Source of the DNA: Octopus bimaculoides
Lineage: Eukaryota
DNA: 64,000 nucleotides
Assembly: GCF_001194135.2 (NCBI RefSeq)
Contig: NC_068994.1
Span: 22,048,500-22,112,499, forward strand
Direction of reading: 5' to 3'
Shown here piece by piece: positions 37,575-50,769 of this stretch. A program made the translations under genes and the position numbers. The notes beneath the pieces are model-generated. The model was not told the origin of the DNA, made no database searches, and saw only the letters and a program-made list of their open reading frames with translations. Numbering within the stretch: position 1 is the stretch's first letter; each line of letters opens with the position of its first letter.

Positions 37575-38086
37575 CATGGTGTAGAATCATGAGAACAAAA
37601 TTCCTCTTGTGTCAAATGGTAACAGCCTTTCCTTGTTGATGGAGTTGCTTTCCATTCAAATGAATGACAATGATAGATGAAGCAAACTAACTTTTGATTA
37701 CGAATTTTCTGCTGAAGTTTGCAATATATCTTAGCAGTGCGATTGCAAGCTTGATATTGAACAAAGGCTATTGATGACATAAGTTTCTGAGCAAGTATGG
37801 TTTGCTCTAAATGGTTAATACATTTCATACTAATCATATGAGTCTTTTTTGCAAGCCAGTAAATGCTGTATGCTGCATTGTGGTGCCTGAAATACCTTGG
37901 TACTGGTCTGGTTTTGTGAGCAAAAATATTTAACAATGTTTTCTTAAGAGTGTATTTGGTTTTAAATGGATGTGGCATTGTGATACAACATTCTTGAATT
38001 TTCTTAAGAGTATGAAGAAGAAAACGTCTCCGCTTTACTCTTGAGAGTGACTTACGATCAATTTTGATTTTGCGACACCGAGTCAT
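37575..38086 (-). CDS. Candidate alternative first coding exon (170 codons, basic) for a PX-less isoform
   Basis: A-rich ATG context with an in-frame TAA two codons upstream; long open frame in AT-rich DNA; ATG|gtatgt donor in phase 2, matching exon 20320. Confidence 0.5.
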
Positions 38087-41000
38087 TTTTTAAAAATATA
38101 TTATTTGGAGGGAAAGTGGACTTTGTATCATATAACCAATTACATGCAGGTTTTCAAAAATGGTATATTAACACATGTAATTACATTGGAAGAGACATTT
38201 AGAAGTACATTAAGGTATTTATACATGTGTATATATATTAAAAAAAATATATATAGATAGATATATTCAGACATACTATTCATACATACAAACTAAATTA
38301 ATGAAGTATATATAAGTAAACTGGTGCATGTGATTATCTGAAGATATATGTTTGCATATGCATATATATGCAAGCATTTATTTACAGATATATGCTGTGT
38401 GTGTATGTGTGTGCACATTTACAGTTGTTTATAAAGAAGTACGTAAGAAAATATAAGGGTGAGCGTGTGTGCATCTGTTGAGGTAAATAAATATTTTCAA
38501 GAGTTAGTTAAATCTAAATACATATTTGTGAACGTTTTTGTGTACCCATACACATGAATGTGTGTGAGATATGACCATGTAGAAATCCAAATATCATTCA
38601 GTAAATATAGCAATATAATTGAAATAGAAAATCTCACAGTGAAACATGAACAGCCATATCATAATCAGATCAAACTGAGATTTGATTCTTGATTATTTAA
38701 AATAAAATGTTATAATCTATAAGTCAATTCTCTTTTTGCTTTCTTTTTCTAAATACTTATTTCTTTCTGTCTAGTTCCAATTCCTTGAAACCTACTTAAT
38801 TCAAAGAATTTAAGCACTCTATCTACTAACAGTGCAGGTATGGATGTGTTTAATCTGAAACACTGGATATTACCACAAAGCAAACATAAAAGTTGAAATA
38901 CCAGTGATGTGAATTTGGAGTGTGAGTATAATTTTTATCTCCACATCCCTATTCACAAATTCAAAGTTGATGTGGGTGTTGTGGGTAATGTTTATGTAGA
39001 GACACTATTAATGTTGGTATTGACTGAAGTAGTTTGGGAAGTGACAGTGTTTGTGGTGACATGATGATGTTGATATTTGAGATAGTGGCATTAATATTAG
39101 TGAAAATGTTGTTGGTGATGATGTTCATAAGGTTTAATGAGATTAAGGCTTAAGTACTTTGAAAGCAAAAAAGGGTGGACAAAAACTTAAATATATTGAT
39201 TATCCAGGTGTGAACAGGGACTAATATGGTTTTATTTACCACCTGTATCTGAATGGTATCTCATTTTTGACTAAGGTAGTTTTATTATATTTGTGCTTGC
39301 ATTTATAACTGAAAGTTTCTTATAAGAAGCTTGTAATTAGATGCATGTGTTTATTTGTTTGCATTTGAACAGAAAAACATTAGTGTATAAAAGTGTGTGG
39401 TAATACCTGTATACAAAAATATGTGCAAATGTGTAAGAACATTAATGTTAATGAGTCTATATGCCTGCGTGTAATTCAAATGAGTGTGTATTTTTCTTTA
39501 AGATAGTCTAATAAAATGGACTTATACTCAGAGCATTTTAAAAAATCCCCGTTAACTGGGGAGTAGTGATAATTTAGTGAAGTCAAATTGGAATACATCG
39601 ATGTGTGTAAGGCAGATTATGTATGACCTTAAGAATCTGTGTATGACTGGTTGAATATATGTAGAGGCAGTTCCATACAATAAAATACATTAAAATATAA
39701 CAGAGTTAACTATTAGTAAAGACTAATAAAATTCCTGTGCAACAATAAACCACCCTGATAGTTTCCTGATAAGAGATGATTCAGCAATCCTGGTCAGAGA
39801 TTCAGCTGGTTGATTCTAAGGGTAGAGTAAATAAGTTCAGCCCAAGTGTATCTCAGATGTTTTTGAGTCTGTTACATGCATTTTTATGAAACAAAGTAGA
39901 CTTCTCTTTCAGATTTTTATATGATACAAATTTCTATCAAAACTTTTGACAGATATGGTCTTCTTTCTGAAAAGTTAATTGAAGGTGTAAGCAGTATCCT
40001 CAATGCAAAACCAAATGGCAATTTTTTCCATCATTGGTAACTATCAAGGAAAAAACATCTGTCACATTTTCATACATGTAATTTTTGCTGAAATTGTTAG
40101 TTTTGCAATAAATAATGATAATGATGACAAAAATCAAAAGTTAATATCACTTTTCAGCTAAAATCCTCAACAAATTGCAGTGTTTTAACTGGTAGCATCA
40201 CATTGTGAAATATAGGTGAATAAATGAAAACCTATCTGCAGCTTTTGATGAAAGAAAGGTAGTTAGGTATATAATTGATGTATTTATGAGTGAGGGTGTA
40301 TAATTACATAAAAGTGGCAATTTCTGTTAATCTATTTTGTATATCAAAGTGCCAAAATAATTATCATTAAGGTATGCATCACTCTCACTTCAATTTCTTT
40401 TAGTGTGTGTGTTATGTATGAGTATATGCATGTTTGTATGTGTGCATATATATGTATGTATATAAAAAAAACACAAAAATTTCTAACTACTACTAATCCC
40501 TCATGATGTGTTGGACAGTGAAGGGAGAGACATACAGAGGGAGTGAGAGTGAACGAGGTCAAATGTTACTATGTATGTGTATATGTGTATGCATATTTAT
40601 ACTGAAGTTTGCAATAATGACTGACACGGCTTTATAAGATCTGCACCAGCACGGAATTTTAAGCAATAACAATCCCCATTCTACTGATTGCTGTGACTAC
40701 CAGTATTGTTGCCACTATAATCATTATTGCAACCTAAATACCACATTACAACTACTACTACATCATTATTCCCTCACTATAGTCATACAGCCTCCCTCGT
40801 GGCTTTAAAACAACTTTCTACCAGGAAACCCTATATTGTATTAACTTGACCAACTAGGAATATCAGCCAAATCTCTCTTAAATCAGTCCACTGTCAAAGA
40901 AAAATAAAAGACAAACATTAATGATAATGTAATCATAGATACCTCACCTTTCTGTATATATATAAAAACAAAAAAGACAATTACACAAAATGCTTCTGTC

Positions 41001-41494
41001 AGTTTTCTCAGTCCCCAACAACTACACACAAGACAAACACTCTCTTGCAGACATATTCACAAAGGAAAGGTTTGACTCTTGGTATTGCACTGGGTAATGT
41101 CTACATCTTTAGTTAGCTTTTCAGTAAGATGACCATAACTATCAGAAGATAGGAATTTATAAGAAGTAAAAGTCTGAAAGAGAAGTCTATTTTGTTTCAT
41201 AATAATGCATATAATTCAAAAACATCTGTGATACATTAAAACTTTAAATTCTTTTTTTAAGAAAAATACTGAGCTCTGGAAAAATGCATTAAACTTTTCC
41301 AGCTCATCTTTCTCAAAAGAGGAGCAATATTAGAGAAAGTGAGCTTTGTGAACAGAATAAAGGGAATCATGTGCAGTAAGAAAATGACTAAGACTGCCAA
41401 CATTATATTGTGCTAATAAATAAGGAAAAACAGAAAGAAACACAAAAGCTTTCATAAAAATATTCACACTAAAATATATTAAATACTTTTCTCC

Positions 41495-41668
41495 TAAAGT
41501 CTTTAGCATTTAAACTAGCCATAGCCAACCTCTAGCACTTATCATTCTAAAAATAAACACTCATGTCATTGACATGTCAAAGCTACTAGATAATGCATGA
41601 CTAATTCATATTAATGTAAATAAGTATGACATTTGACAGAGAAATATGAATGCTAAAGGGTTAAAAAG
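41495..41668. mobile_element. piggyBac-like MITE
   Basis: CTTTAGCATT left end and ATGCTAAAGGGTTAA right end. Confidence 0.55.
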
Positions 41669-42151
41669 GTTTTTTTTTTTCATCTTTCATATTCCTGATT
41701 ATGATATATCAACAAATATCAAACATTATTCTTCTGAGACATAGAAGCAGAGTTTTCAATTTCAAGAGAGTAGATTTGAACACAAATAGTACACTCCTTG
41801 ATTGCAAAGAAAGTAACAGGATTACTGTTAGAGGAATTGAACTCATGACCCAGTTCAGCAACACTCCCAGTATCAAGTTAGATTCTACACACTAATTCAG
41901 TGTCAGTTGCATGTATTATGATGTATTATTAGGTAGAGTTAGAAAGAGAGGGAGAGTAAAGAAAAAAGAAAAATGACTCAGCTATTACATCTGTTTTAAG
42001 CATTATTATAATCACTCCATTATGTCAAAGCAACCATGTAGTAATTCTTCTTGCCAAGATGTTGATCTACTGCCATTTGTCAGACATCACAAGTGACAAG
42101 TCTTTTTTAATATAATCCGTAGATTATCTGGACTGCTTAAGAGAACTGCTT

Positions 42152-42152
<1 letters not shown>

Positions 42153-42216
<64 letters not shown>
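42153..42216. repeat. (TG)n microsatellite; similar dinucleotide runs at ~3718, 7400, 8308, 17195, 24990, 59462, 61659, 62981
   Basis: Read directly. Confidence 0.95.
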
Positions 42217-42218
<2 letters not shown>

Positions 42219-43789
42219 CCTGTACGCATACCTATTCTACATAAAGTGATGGTAAATCCAGAATTTTAATTAACAATAATTTGATTCCTAGTTGAGCTAT
42301 TTTCATCTTTTTTCTGATTGTTATTAAATTTTGTGCAAAGACATATCTCTATATAAAAACAAATTATATGTAGTGACAAGCAACACCAGTCTGAGTTTTC
42401 TAGAATAATCAAGATATTGATAAAATATTTGATTATAACCAACAGCAAGTCTGATTTTTTTTTTTTAATTTCATGTAACTTGGCCACCTTCTTCAATACC
42501 TTCAGTTGAGGGGGTCTTGCCTTGTCTTGCAAGTTACTTAGTAACCCTCATTAGTGCCAGTACCACATTAAAAGCACCCAATACATACTTAAAATACATA
42601 GCATTAGGAAGGGCATCAAGCAATAGAAACCATGCCAAGCTTGGTGCAGTCCTCTGGCTCACCAGCAACTAATGAATCATCTAACTCATGCCAGCATGGA
42701 AAACAAATGTTAAAAGATGATAGTGACAACAAAGAAGAGAAAGATGTATACCACTCAATAATAGTCTTTTGCCCTTGAAAAAGTCAAGAAACTGTAACAC
42801 AACAAAGCCTTTGATCACATGTGACATGAGAATGTCCTACTTAGGTTACCAGCCTAAGGGTTTTATCCATCTCCCTCAACTGAAGGACAAGAAATTTTCT
42901 ATCAACTCACATCATAACAGTGTATACTGACATTGCTCTCTCTCCAGCCAATATTATCAACTTTGAAGTACTTTGAGGTTTTGGTTAAGACACCCACAAT
43001 ATTTCTGTTGCCAGTTCTAAAGCACAACTCTATACAAATGATTCCTTGGGGTTGATTCATTTGACTAAAAGAAATTTTTCAAGGTGGTGTCCCAGCATGG
43101 CCACAGTCTAATGACTAAAACAAGTAAAAGATAAAAGAAACAAGCTGAGCTATCTACTACAGTGCTATCCTAAGAATCCAGGGAAAGTTTTCTCTAACCA
43201 ATGCATAACAAATTGTGAAAGAGTTCATCATGAGACCCCTTCTCTTTTCTTCCAGACACCAGTTTATTTAACCTAGAGTAATGCTTTAAATATACATATA
43301 TCATCATCATCATCATCATCATTATTTAACATCTATGTTCCATACAGGCATTGGTTGGACAGTTTGACAGGATCTGATGGGCCCAAGGACTGCATTATGC
43401 TCCAATGTCTACTGGGCATGGCTTCCACAAATGGATGCCCTTTCTAATGTCAGCTACTTTACAGTGTGCCTTTTTTTTATGCCACTAGCACAAGTGAATT
43501 CACCTTGCAGCTTACAAGACTATAAACACTGAGCACTTGGGGCAACTTTATTCTAGGAGAATAAGGAATAGGTAAAGTGTGGAAGGTAAAGGTAAAGTGT
43601 GAGAGAAAAGGGCCAGAGCAGAACAGGCTTCATGCTGTAGAGGAGCTACATGACTACTGACGTTTCAGAAAAGAGGGTTGGCATGGACCTTCCACTTTCA
43701 GCATATGGGGTAGATAAGGATGAGAGGTGCCAGGAGTGATTGGAGGAGTAGGGAATATTTAATAGTATAGATTAGCAGAAAAGAAATGA

Positions 43790-44300
43790 TGATACAACCC
43801 TGGCTAGAGAGTTACTGTTGGCAGGAAATGAGTGGCAGTAGGATTTAGTTCCAAACCTACTGGAAAGGGCCAGAAAGTGGTTGTCAGACAATTTCTACAA
43901 CTTCACCAGACCCACATGCTGGTCACCTAATCCCCTGATTATAATCCTATCGATAACTACGTGTGGGACACAGTTGAGAAAGACACCAACCATTCTGCCT
44001 GCAACACCAAAACTGAGCTGGTAGACAAGATCAAGGAGGTGTCTGAAAATCTTCCCAGGGCACAGTGAGGAATGCATGTGCCAAGTTCTGGAGCCATCTT
44101 GAGGGTGTGGTGGAAACTGAGGGTGGCGACTTTGGGTAAGCTATTATTTTCCAGCCATAATGGGCTTGATATTTTTTGATTCTTTAAAATACACTTTTTT
44201 GGGGGGATAGGAGACCGTTTTCTTTCCCTTTTATGGAAACTGTCAAATTTAGCCATACACTGAGTATGTGTAGTCAATAGTGTTTACAACACTAATACTG
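43790..44300 (+). mobile_element. Tc1/mariner transposase C-terminal relic
   Basis: W-PNSPDYNPIDNYVW...NTKTELVDKIK...NAC..F...LE.VVE.EGG motif. Confidence 0.75.
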
Positions 44301-44509
44301 CTTTTAATTCATATGTATGCATCATCGTGGCATACCAGCAAATGACTTTTACACTATTTGAATCAGGTAAGTCACAAAAATGGTGAAATATTGGTAGTCA
44401 TCACTCCTGGATGGGACTGGAGGCAAGTTGTCTCACCTATGACTGTGGGGTTGATAATATATACATATATGCATGTGTTGTGTATATGTGTGTGTATGTT
44501 TGTATGACT

Positions 44510-44710
44510 ATACTACTGGTGCTATTATTATTAAGGTGGTGAGTTTACATTCTGAGTTCAAATTCCACCACAGTCAACTTTGCCTTTCATCCTTTTGGGG
44601 TCAATAAAATAAGTCCCAGTGAAAGACTGGGGTCGATGTAATTGACTAGCTCTCCCTCCACCCCCAAAAAATTTCAGACCTTGTGCCTGTAGTAGAAAGG
44701 ATTATTATTA
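44510..44710 (+). mobile_element. SINE family A
   Basis: AAGGTGGTGAG...GAGTTCAAATTCC...GTAGAAAGGATTATT. Confidence 0.85.
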
Positions 44711-45319
44711 TTCATATTGTTCTTATTGTTGCTATCATCATCATCATTATTATCATTTATTCCAATGTGTCTTGACACTACTTATATGCTCAAGGCCATA
44801 TACTACCAATTCCATTCAGTACTTAAAGTCACACCTTGACACCTAGTTCATTTCTTTTCTACCCTTTTTCCCCCCAATGCCATCCAAATTCTGGACCTTC
44901 CCAATTTGATACTCTTTGTCCTTCCCTTTAGGTTTTGTATGCAAACTTACAGATACAACCTCCCATTTCCTTTCAATACTATTCACTCATGCATCTTCCT
45001 TTCTTCTCCTTCCTAACTACTTCATTTTATATATTCTTCACTTCTCTCTCTCTCTCCCTCCCCTCTCTCTCTCTCTCTCTTTCACTCCTCTTATTCCTTT
45101 CTTTCTCCTCCTCTATATACATATTCATCTTCCTAACTTAGTAGCCAAGTTACTGTTCTGATCATATACACTGAAATATTTCGATTAACTGCTTCATATT
45201 TTGAAATGTTTTAACTGAGGAAGATGCTATGTAATAGACACATTTCTTATTATATATTACGTAGACCTGAAACGTACATATTAGATGACTTCAAAATAAC
45301 ATCATTTGGTTTACTTCAT

Positions 45320-47560
45320 TATCACAACTTAAACAACTCAATGCCAATAGAAACCAGATTCCAGATTCCACTTACGCAGTAATAATTATTACTAACAAGT
45401 AATATGCACTTGGAAAGATGCATCATTACACATGTCAATGCCCAGGTCACACACTGATTTTGATTCAAGGATTGCAATCTCTCGTGGGTTAGTGTGACAG
45501 TAGTGCCAGGCTTGAACTTTTCCAGCATTAAACTGCACGTTATTTTCCTCAGCTCACCTGTATACTGAGTCCAACTCCTGTTGCAGGTGTACAACATCTC
45601 CGGGAGTTCTGTATCCTCTGAGAGACTTTTGTATTATCTGCATAGCTAGCAAGGGTAGGTATCTGAGCAGCTATGAGCATGTCTGAGAGGGCCACTCTGA
45701 ATAGCAGTGGCCCTGTAAAAAAAAAACAATCACTATTGTGTTTCCTTTGAGGTGGCTCCACTGGCCACCACTACCTAACTTCTATTTATTAAAAAGTGGT
45801 ATAGCCATCCTCCAAGTTCTCTGCCAAGATCATGTAGCTTGTGACATATCATACTATGGTTGACTTTATCAAAGGCTTTTGCAAAGTCGAGATATACCAC
45901 ATTCAAATTCAAGTTGTTGATTAACTGCTTTAACACCCAGTTGTAGTGCTGCAAGAGATGTGTCAGGCAGCTTCTATCTGGTCAAAAACATGCTGAATGT
46001 TAGTCAGTAAGTCATTCTCTTCAAGGAATGCAATTAGTTTCCTTTGGACTATTCATTCCATGACTTTACTGACATGTGAGGTCAGAGAAATAGGCTTATA
46101 ATTTTTAGCATCTGCTCTGCTTACTCCTTTATGGATAGAGCATATTATTCCCTCCTTCAATTTGCTTGGGATATTACCACTTGCATGATCTGATAAAGAT
46201 TGCTGAGAATCCATCAGGGCCAACAGCTGAGTTTGCATCTACCTCATTTATAGCCAGTATTACATCTCCTTCTTTTATGTCAGTGTAATCAATTATTACC
46301 GCCTTCCTTGTTATAGGTATAGTGGCAACAGAACTCTGCTGGTTCGTTCATTTTCCAGTGTCTTAATGGGGTAGTGAAAATACTTTTGAACTGTCTATTC
46401 AGTATTTCACTTATCCTCAATGTGTTTCTTGTGAGGGAGACATCCTGTTGGATGAAGGGCCCTATCTTGTAATGTACTGAGGCCATTTTTTGGCAAAGTT
46501 AAAGAGAGCTTTAGGGTTTGACTTAATAGTTTTTATAACCCTGGCTTCTGTATTTGCTCTCTTTTTATGGGACTGTTGCAAATTTTTTTCTCAATCTCCA
46601 CCAGTGTTGTTTTCAAGCAAGTCTTTTCCCCATTTTCATTGTTCAAGCAGTTTACAATTTTTGCTTGATGTTTCATAAAAATTTTCCTCTGTCTAGATAT
46701 CTCATTCTTGTGTGTGTTGGACTTGTGCTCTGGGACAAATTTGTCACATATGGCTTCCATTATGGACATGAAATGTTGAAGTTTTATATCAATGTCTGGT
46801 GTGGAGAAAATTTAGGCCAATCCTGTTTGAGTATCTCTTTCTGATTCAATTTCCAGTTTGCTTTATGAAAGTTCAGATTGGAGAGACTGTGGGTGCTTCT
46901 TAAAGGCTGCATGTCTGCAGCTTGTTTTAGTCCATACATAATCAGCTCTATTATATTGTGATCCAAGACTAGTGATTGTGTCACTTTCACATTATGGATG
47001 ATATCCATATTGTTTGTGAAGCAGAGATCTGGTATATTATTTTCCCTGGTTGGTTGGAGCAAAATTTTCTCCATGAATGAAGCATTGTTGAGGTGGAGCA
47101 GGGACTCCACCTGTGCTTGTTGGCAATGTGTCATTCCTGAGAGCATGGGGCCCTCAGGTCACCCCACATTGGAGAGGCTCAACTCACTTACAAGGAACAC
47201 ATTCATGTTTCGCTCCAGTTTGGTGAGAACTATTTTTGTGAGACAATCTTCAAACTTGTCAGTGTGATTTGGAGCATCTGGTGGGCAATATGCGATACAT
47301 AAAACAATGTCAAGTTGTCTTATGAGTACAATTTCACTATCATATACTGAATTTGAATATGATCCACACAGATGTATACTGCAACTTCACCATGTCTCCT
47401 TTCTCCTCTGTTCATTCATAATACAACATACTTTGGTTTGTGCATCGCTGCATCCCCTATATCAGATCTAAGATGTGTTTTCACAAGTGCTATACATAGA
47501 GCTTGATTGCATGCAATGAGGTCTTTCAGGAAAGATTTTGGTTTGGTTGTTGAGGAGCAA
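45320..47560 (-). mobile_element. Decayed CR1/L2-type LINE (APE plus RT)
   Basis: QPTRENNIPDLCFTN, DHNII, IHKG...NYKPISLTSHVSKVME, GPLLF...YADNTK motifs. Confidence 0.88.
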
Positions 47561-48295
47561 CAGATCTCTGATATTCAGTAGAAATATCAGTGTATATATA
47601 TATGTGTATTTATACACACACACACACATATACATGTATATATACACATACACACACACATAAATATAAATTTTGAATTACATCATAACCACTTTCTTAG
47701 CTGAACCAAAGAGACAGTGTTTCCATTAGTTTTTCACTTGATGATACTATGTGCTGGTGACAATTCCTTACTGAAATGTTACTTTCAATTTTCTTTCTGG
47801 TGACAGGAGTTGGGATGTGAATTCAGAAAAGATGGAGTTGTAGCATATACTACAACATATCTACTGGTATGCTTTACCAATTCTATCTCTCCACCACCTT
47901 GGGTTGGTACTTTATTTATTATCACTCAAAAGAGTGACCTTTTGTGTTCTAAAGTTAGAGCACTGTGAGTCAGAACAACTACAACAATAATACTACTGAA
48001 TCAGGACTGACCTTGGGTTAAGATCAATAACAACATGTACTCAAGGACACTTGAGATAAACATGACACAAGAGCATCATTTTCATCTCTTTTTGACTCAT
48101 ATTCAAAATCTGCCAGGGTGAAAGTTATATTTCACTCCTCTGTAATCAATAAAGTGGTGACTACTTAATCTTTTATTATCAATTCCTGCAAAAATTTGCA
48201 GTCTTATATCAATGTTAGGAATAATTATTATTATTATTATGACTGCTAAAAAGTATTAATGTTTCAGCAAAAGAATGAAATTCTTGTATACTAAC

Positions 48296-48390
48296 GTTTG
48301 TGTCACTGCAGCAATATCTTCTGCTGATGACTGGAAAAATGTTAGAACTGCATGGCACTGTGAAATTTTGGGTTCAAGTTTAGTGAGCAG
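48296..48390 (-). CDS. SH3PXD2A: Coding exon: end of PX domain
   Basis: ctcttccacag|CTG CTC...CAA AC|gttagt; LLTKLEPKISQCHAVLTFFQSSAEDIAAVTQ resembles Tks5 LPPHISQCDEVFRFF; 95 nt, phase 0 to 2. Confidence 0.93.
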
Positions 48391-48622
48391 CTGTGGAAGA
48401 GAAAACAAAAGAAAAATAAAAAGAGAAAGAAATAATATGAAATGCACAAATGGAAATTAGGTAAGTCAGTCTATGAAATGTGATAATAATGGTGTTCAAA
48501 GTACTGCTGTTTAGTGATAATATTCAGTAAATCCATCTATATAGCAACTGAAGTAGAATGACAAGAATATGAACAAGAAATATCAAATTTAACAAAAAAG
48601 GAAACAAAATGTAGATATCTAC

Positions 48623-48699
48623 CTTACAGTAATTATCTAAGGGGGTAAGTCTTTTGAGGGCAACATCTCTGACATGGCTGCGGCCAAAGAATATCTTTC
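48623..48699 (-). CDS. SH3PXD2A: Coding exon: PX domain
   Basis: ctatttccag|GA AAG ATA...TGT AAG|gtagat; [26 protein letters not shown] closely resembles Tks5 [25 protein letters not shown]; 77 nt, phase 1 to 0. Confidence 0.95.
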
Positions 48700-49589
48700 C
48701 TGGAAATAGAAAACAAAATGTGAAAAGAATAGATTCAATATATGTCTGAATAATATAGCAACAATAACAATAATGGTAATAGTGGTCGAAAAGATTCTGT
48801 CAATAATGAAATGAGCAACAATGATTATAATGACAATAATGACGATGACAATGATAATGATGATGATGATGATGATGATGAAAATATTAACATGAAAATT
48901 GACAACGTCCTTGCTATTGATCATTCCTTTAATAATGATGTTGATGATCATTATGGGGATGCTGATGGTAATGATGATCATTTCCAAAAACAGATACCAT
49001 ACAGGTACCAACAGCCAATCCAGAGGAAGATTGTATCTTATCTGTGTAATATCACATAAACAGGATGTAAACACTATTCACGAGAACCATGGGAGCCCAT
49101 GAAAGGGAATGTGACTAGCTGATGCCTGATATTTGAAAAAGAATCTATGGAAAGTAGTAGAAGTTTGAGAAAATTGATACAAAGTAGTTAAATGAAGCCT
49201 GATAATGAGGGGTTTCATATGATTGAGATGAATACAGACATTTAATCCAAACTGGTCTAACCTATGTAAGAAGACAAGCATTATGGTCCTTACAGTCATT
49301 TTGAAGTTCACTCTCAAGTAGTGATGATAAAATTGAAAATATAACTATGTTGTTAGGGCTCAACCAAAGAAGAGGGACACGAAAATCAGCATTGTAATTT
49401 AATTTAAAAAAACCCTCAATTGACTTTTCAGTACAGCTGTTGTATATAGTTGTGAACCATTCTATCCAATGATATCGCTTATATGCAAGTGAGCCAAGCA
49501 GATACATCTGTGTTGGTGAAAGATATTTTGACTCAATAGCAAAAAAGAAATACTTGTGTGATGGGTTTTTTTAAAAATATTTCTTACAG

Positions 49590-50365
49590 TAATAAGGCAG
49601 TGAGCTGACAAAACCATTAGTACACCAGACAAAATGCTTAGTGGCATTTCATCTGTCTACATACTTCTGAGTTCAAATTCTGCTGAGGTTGACTTTGCTT
49701 TTCATCCTTTTGGGGTTGATAAAATAAGTACCAGCTGAATACTGGGATTGATGTAGTCGGCTTAATTCCACTCTCCACAAAAACTGCTGGCCTTATGCCA
49801 AAATTTGAAATCAATATTTCTGACAGTAATGGCCTTATATTAGTTTATTACAGCAATGTAATAAACAAATATAAACCTGATGGCAATAGCACATATGGCA
49901 GAGATGACTGTAGATTTGTAACATATACATAAGTAATGGGAGTTGTTTGTATAACAATGACACAGAGATGATGATGTCTGTTATTTTTGTTATCAAAAAC
50001 TGTGTTAGCTATAGCTTTCCAGGTTAAATTATGTTCATATATTGCAACATGAAAATTAAACTATTTTCATAAACAATACAAAAACATGGTCTTTCATCCA
50101 AGAAAGAGGCCTTGTTATTTTATTATTAATATCTACATTATTAAAAAGGTGGCAGGCTGGCAGAATCGTTAGCATGCCAGACAAATTGCTTATTGGTATT
50201 TTATCTGTCTTTATGTTCTGAGTTCAAATTGTGCCAAGGTCAACTTCGCCTTTCATCCTTTTGGGGTCAAAAAAATAAGAATCAGTTGAACACTGGGGGT
50301 CAATGCAAGCGACTTATTCCCTGCCTCTAGACTTGCTGGCCTTGTGCCAAAATTTGAAATTAATA
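49590..50365 (+). mobile_element. Two SINE family A copies (~49590-49820, ~50140-50365)
   Basis: Full head, B-box, Meta-type core and AAATTTGAAA tails. Confidence 0.85.
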
Positions 50366-50769
50366 TCAATATTATTAAAAGTAATATTATGATATTTAGT
50401 TTACATCACTAAGTTCTTCACTAAAAACTCTGCTGGTGACTTTGTCTTTCATCAATAAATTAAATTCTAATTCTTCTCTGTACAATGTCCTTGATTTAAT
50501 ATACAGAATAAGAAAAAATCATTGTTATTACTATAATTAACAGATGCAAACATGACAGTGTGGTTAAGAAGAACACTTTGCAATTAGTCCTACTGCATGT
50601 CTCCTACTAGAGCTCCAGGTCAATCAAAGCCTTGTGAATGGATTTGGACAATGGAAACTAAAGAAAGTGGTGATGGTCGATGTGACAAGTACCAAAAGAT
50701 TTTTTCAAACAGTCCTTGTGTCGCTTCTTTGGTGTCTCTCAGTCACAATGGCTGGAGAGTTCATTGTAC

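Noticed and set aside
38051-38056. Perfect GTAAGT donor 31 nt after the candidate alternative ATG
   Set aside because: Phase 1 does not match exon 20320, and adding the 13-nt candidate creates a stop; could still yield an unproductive isoform.
48811-49059. Asp/Asn-rich plus-strand ORF
   Set aside because: Translation of a (GAT/AAT)n microsatellite.
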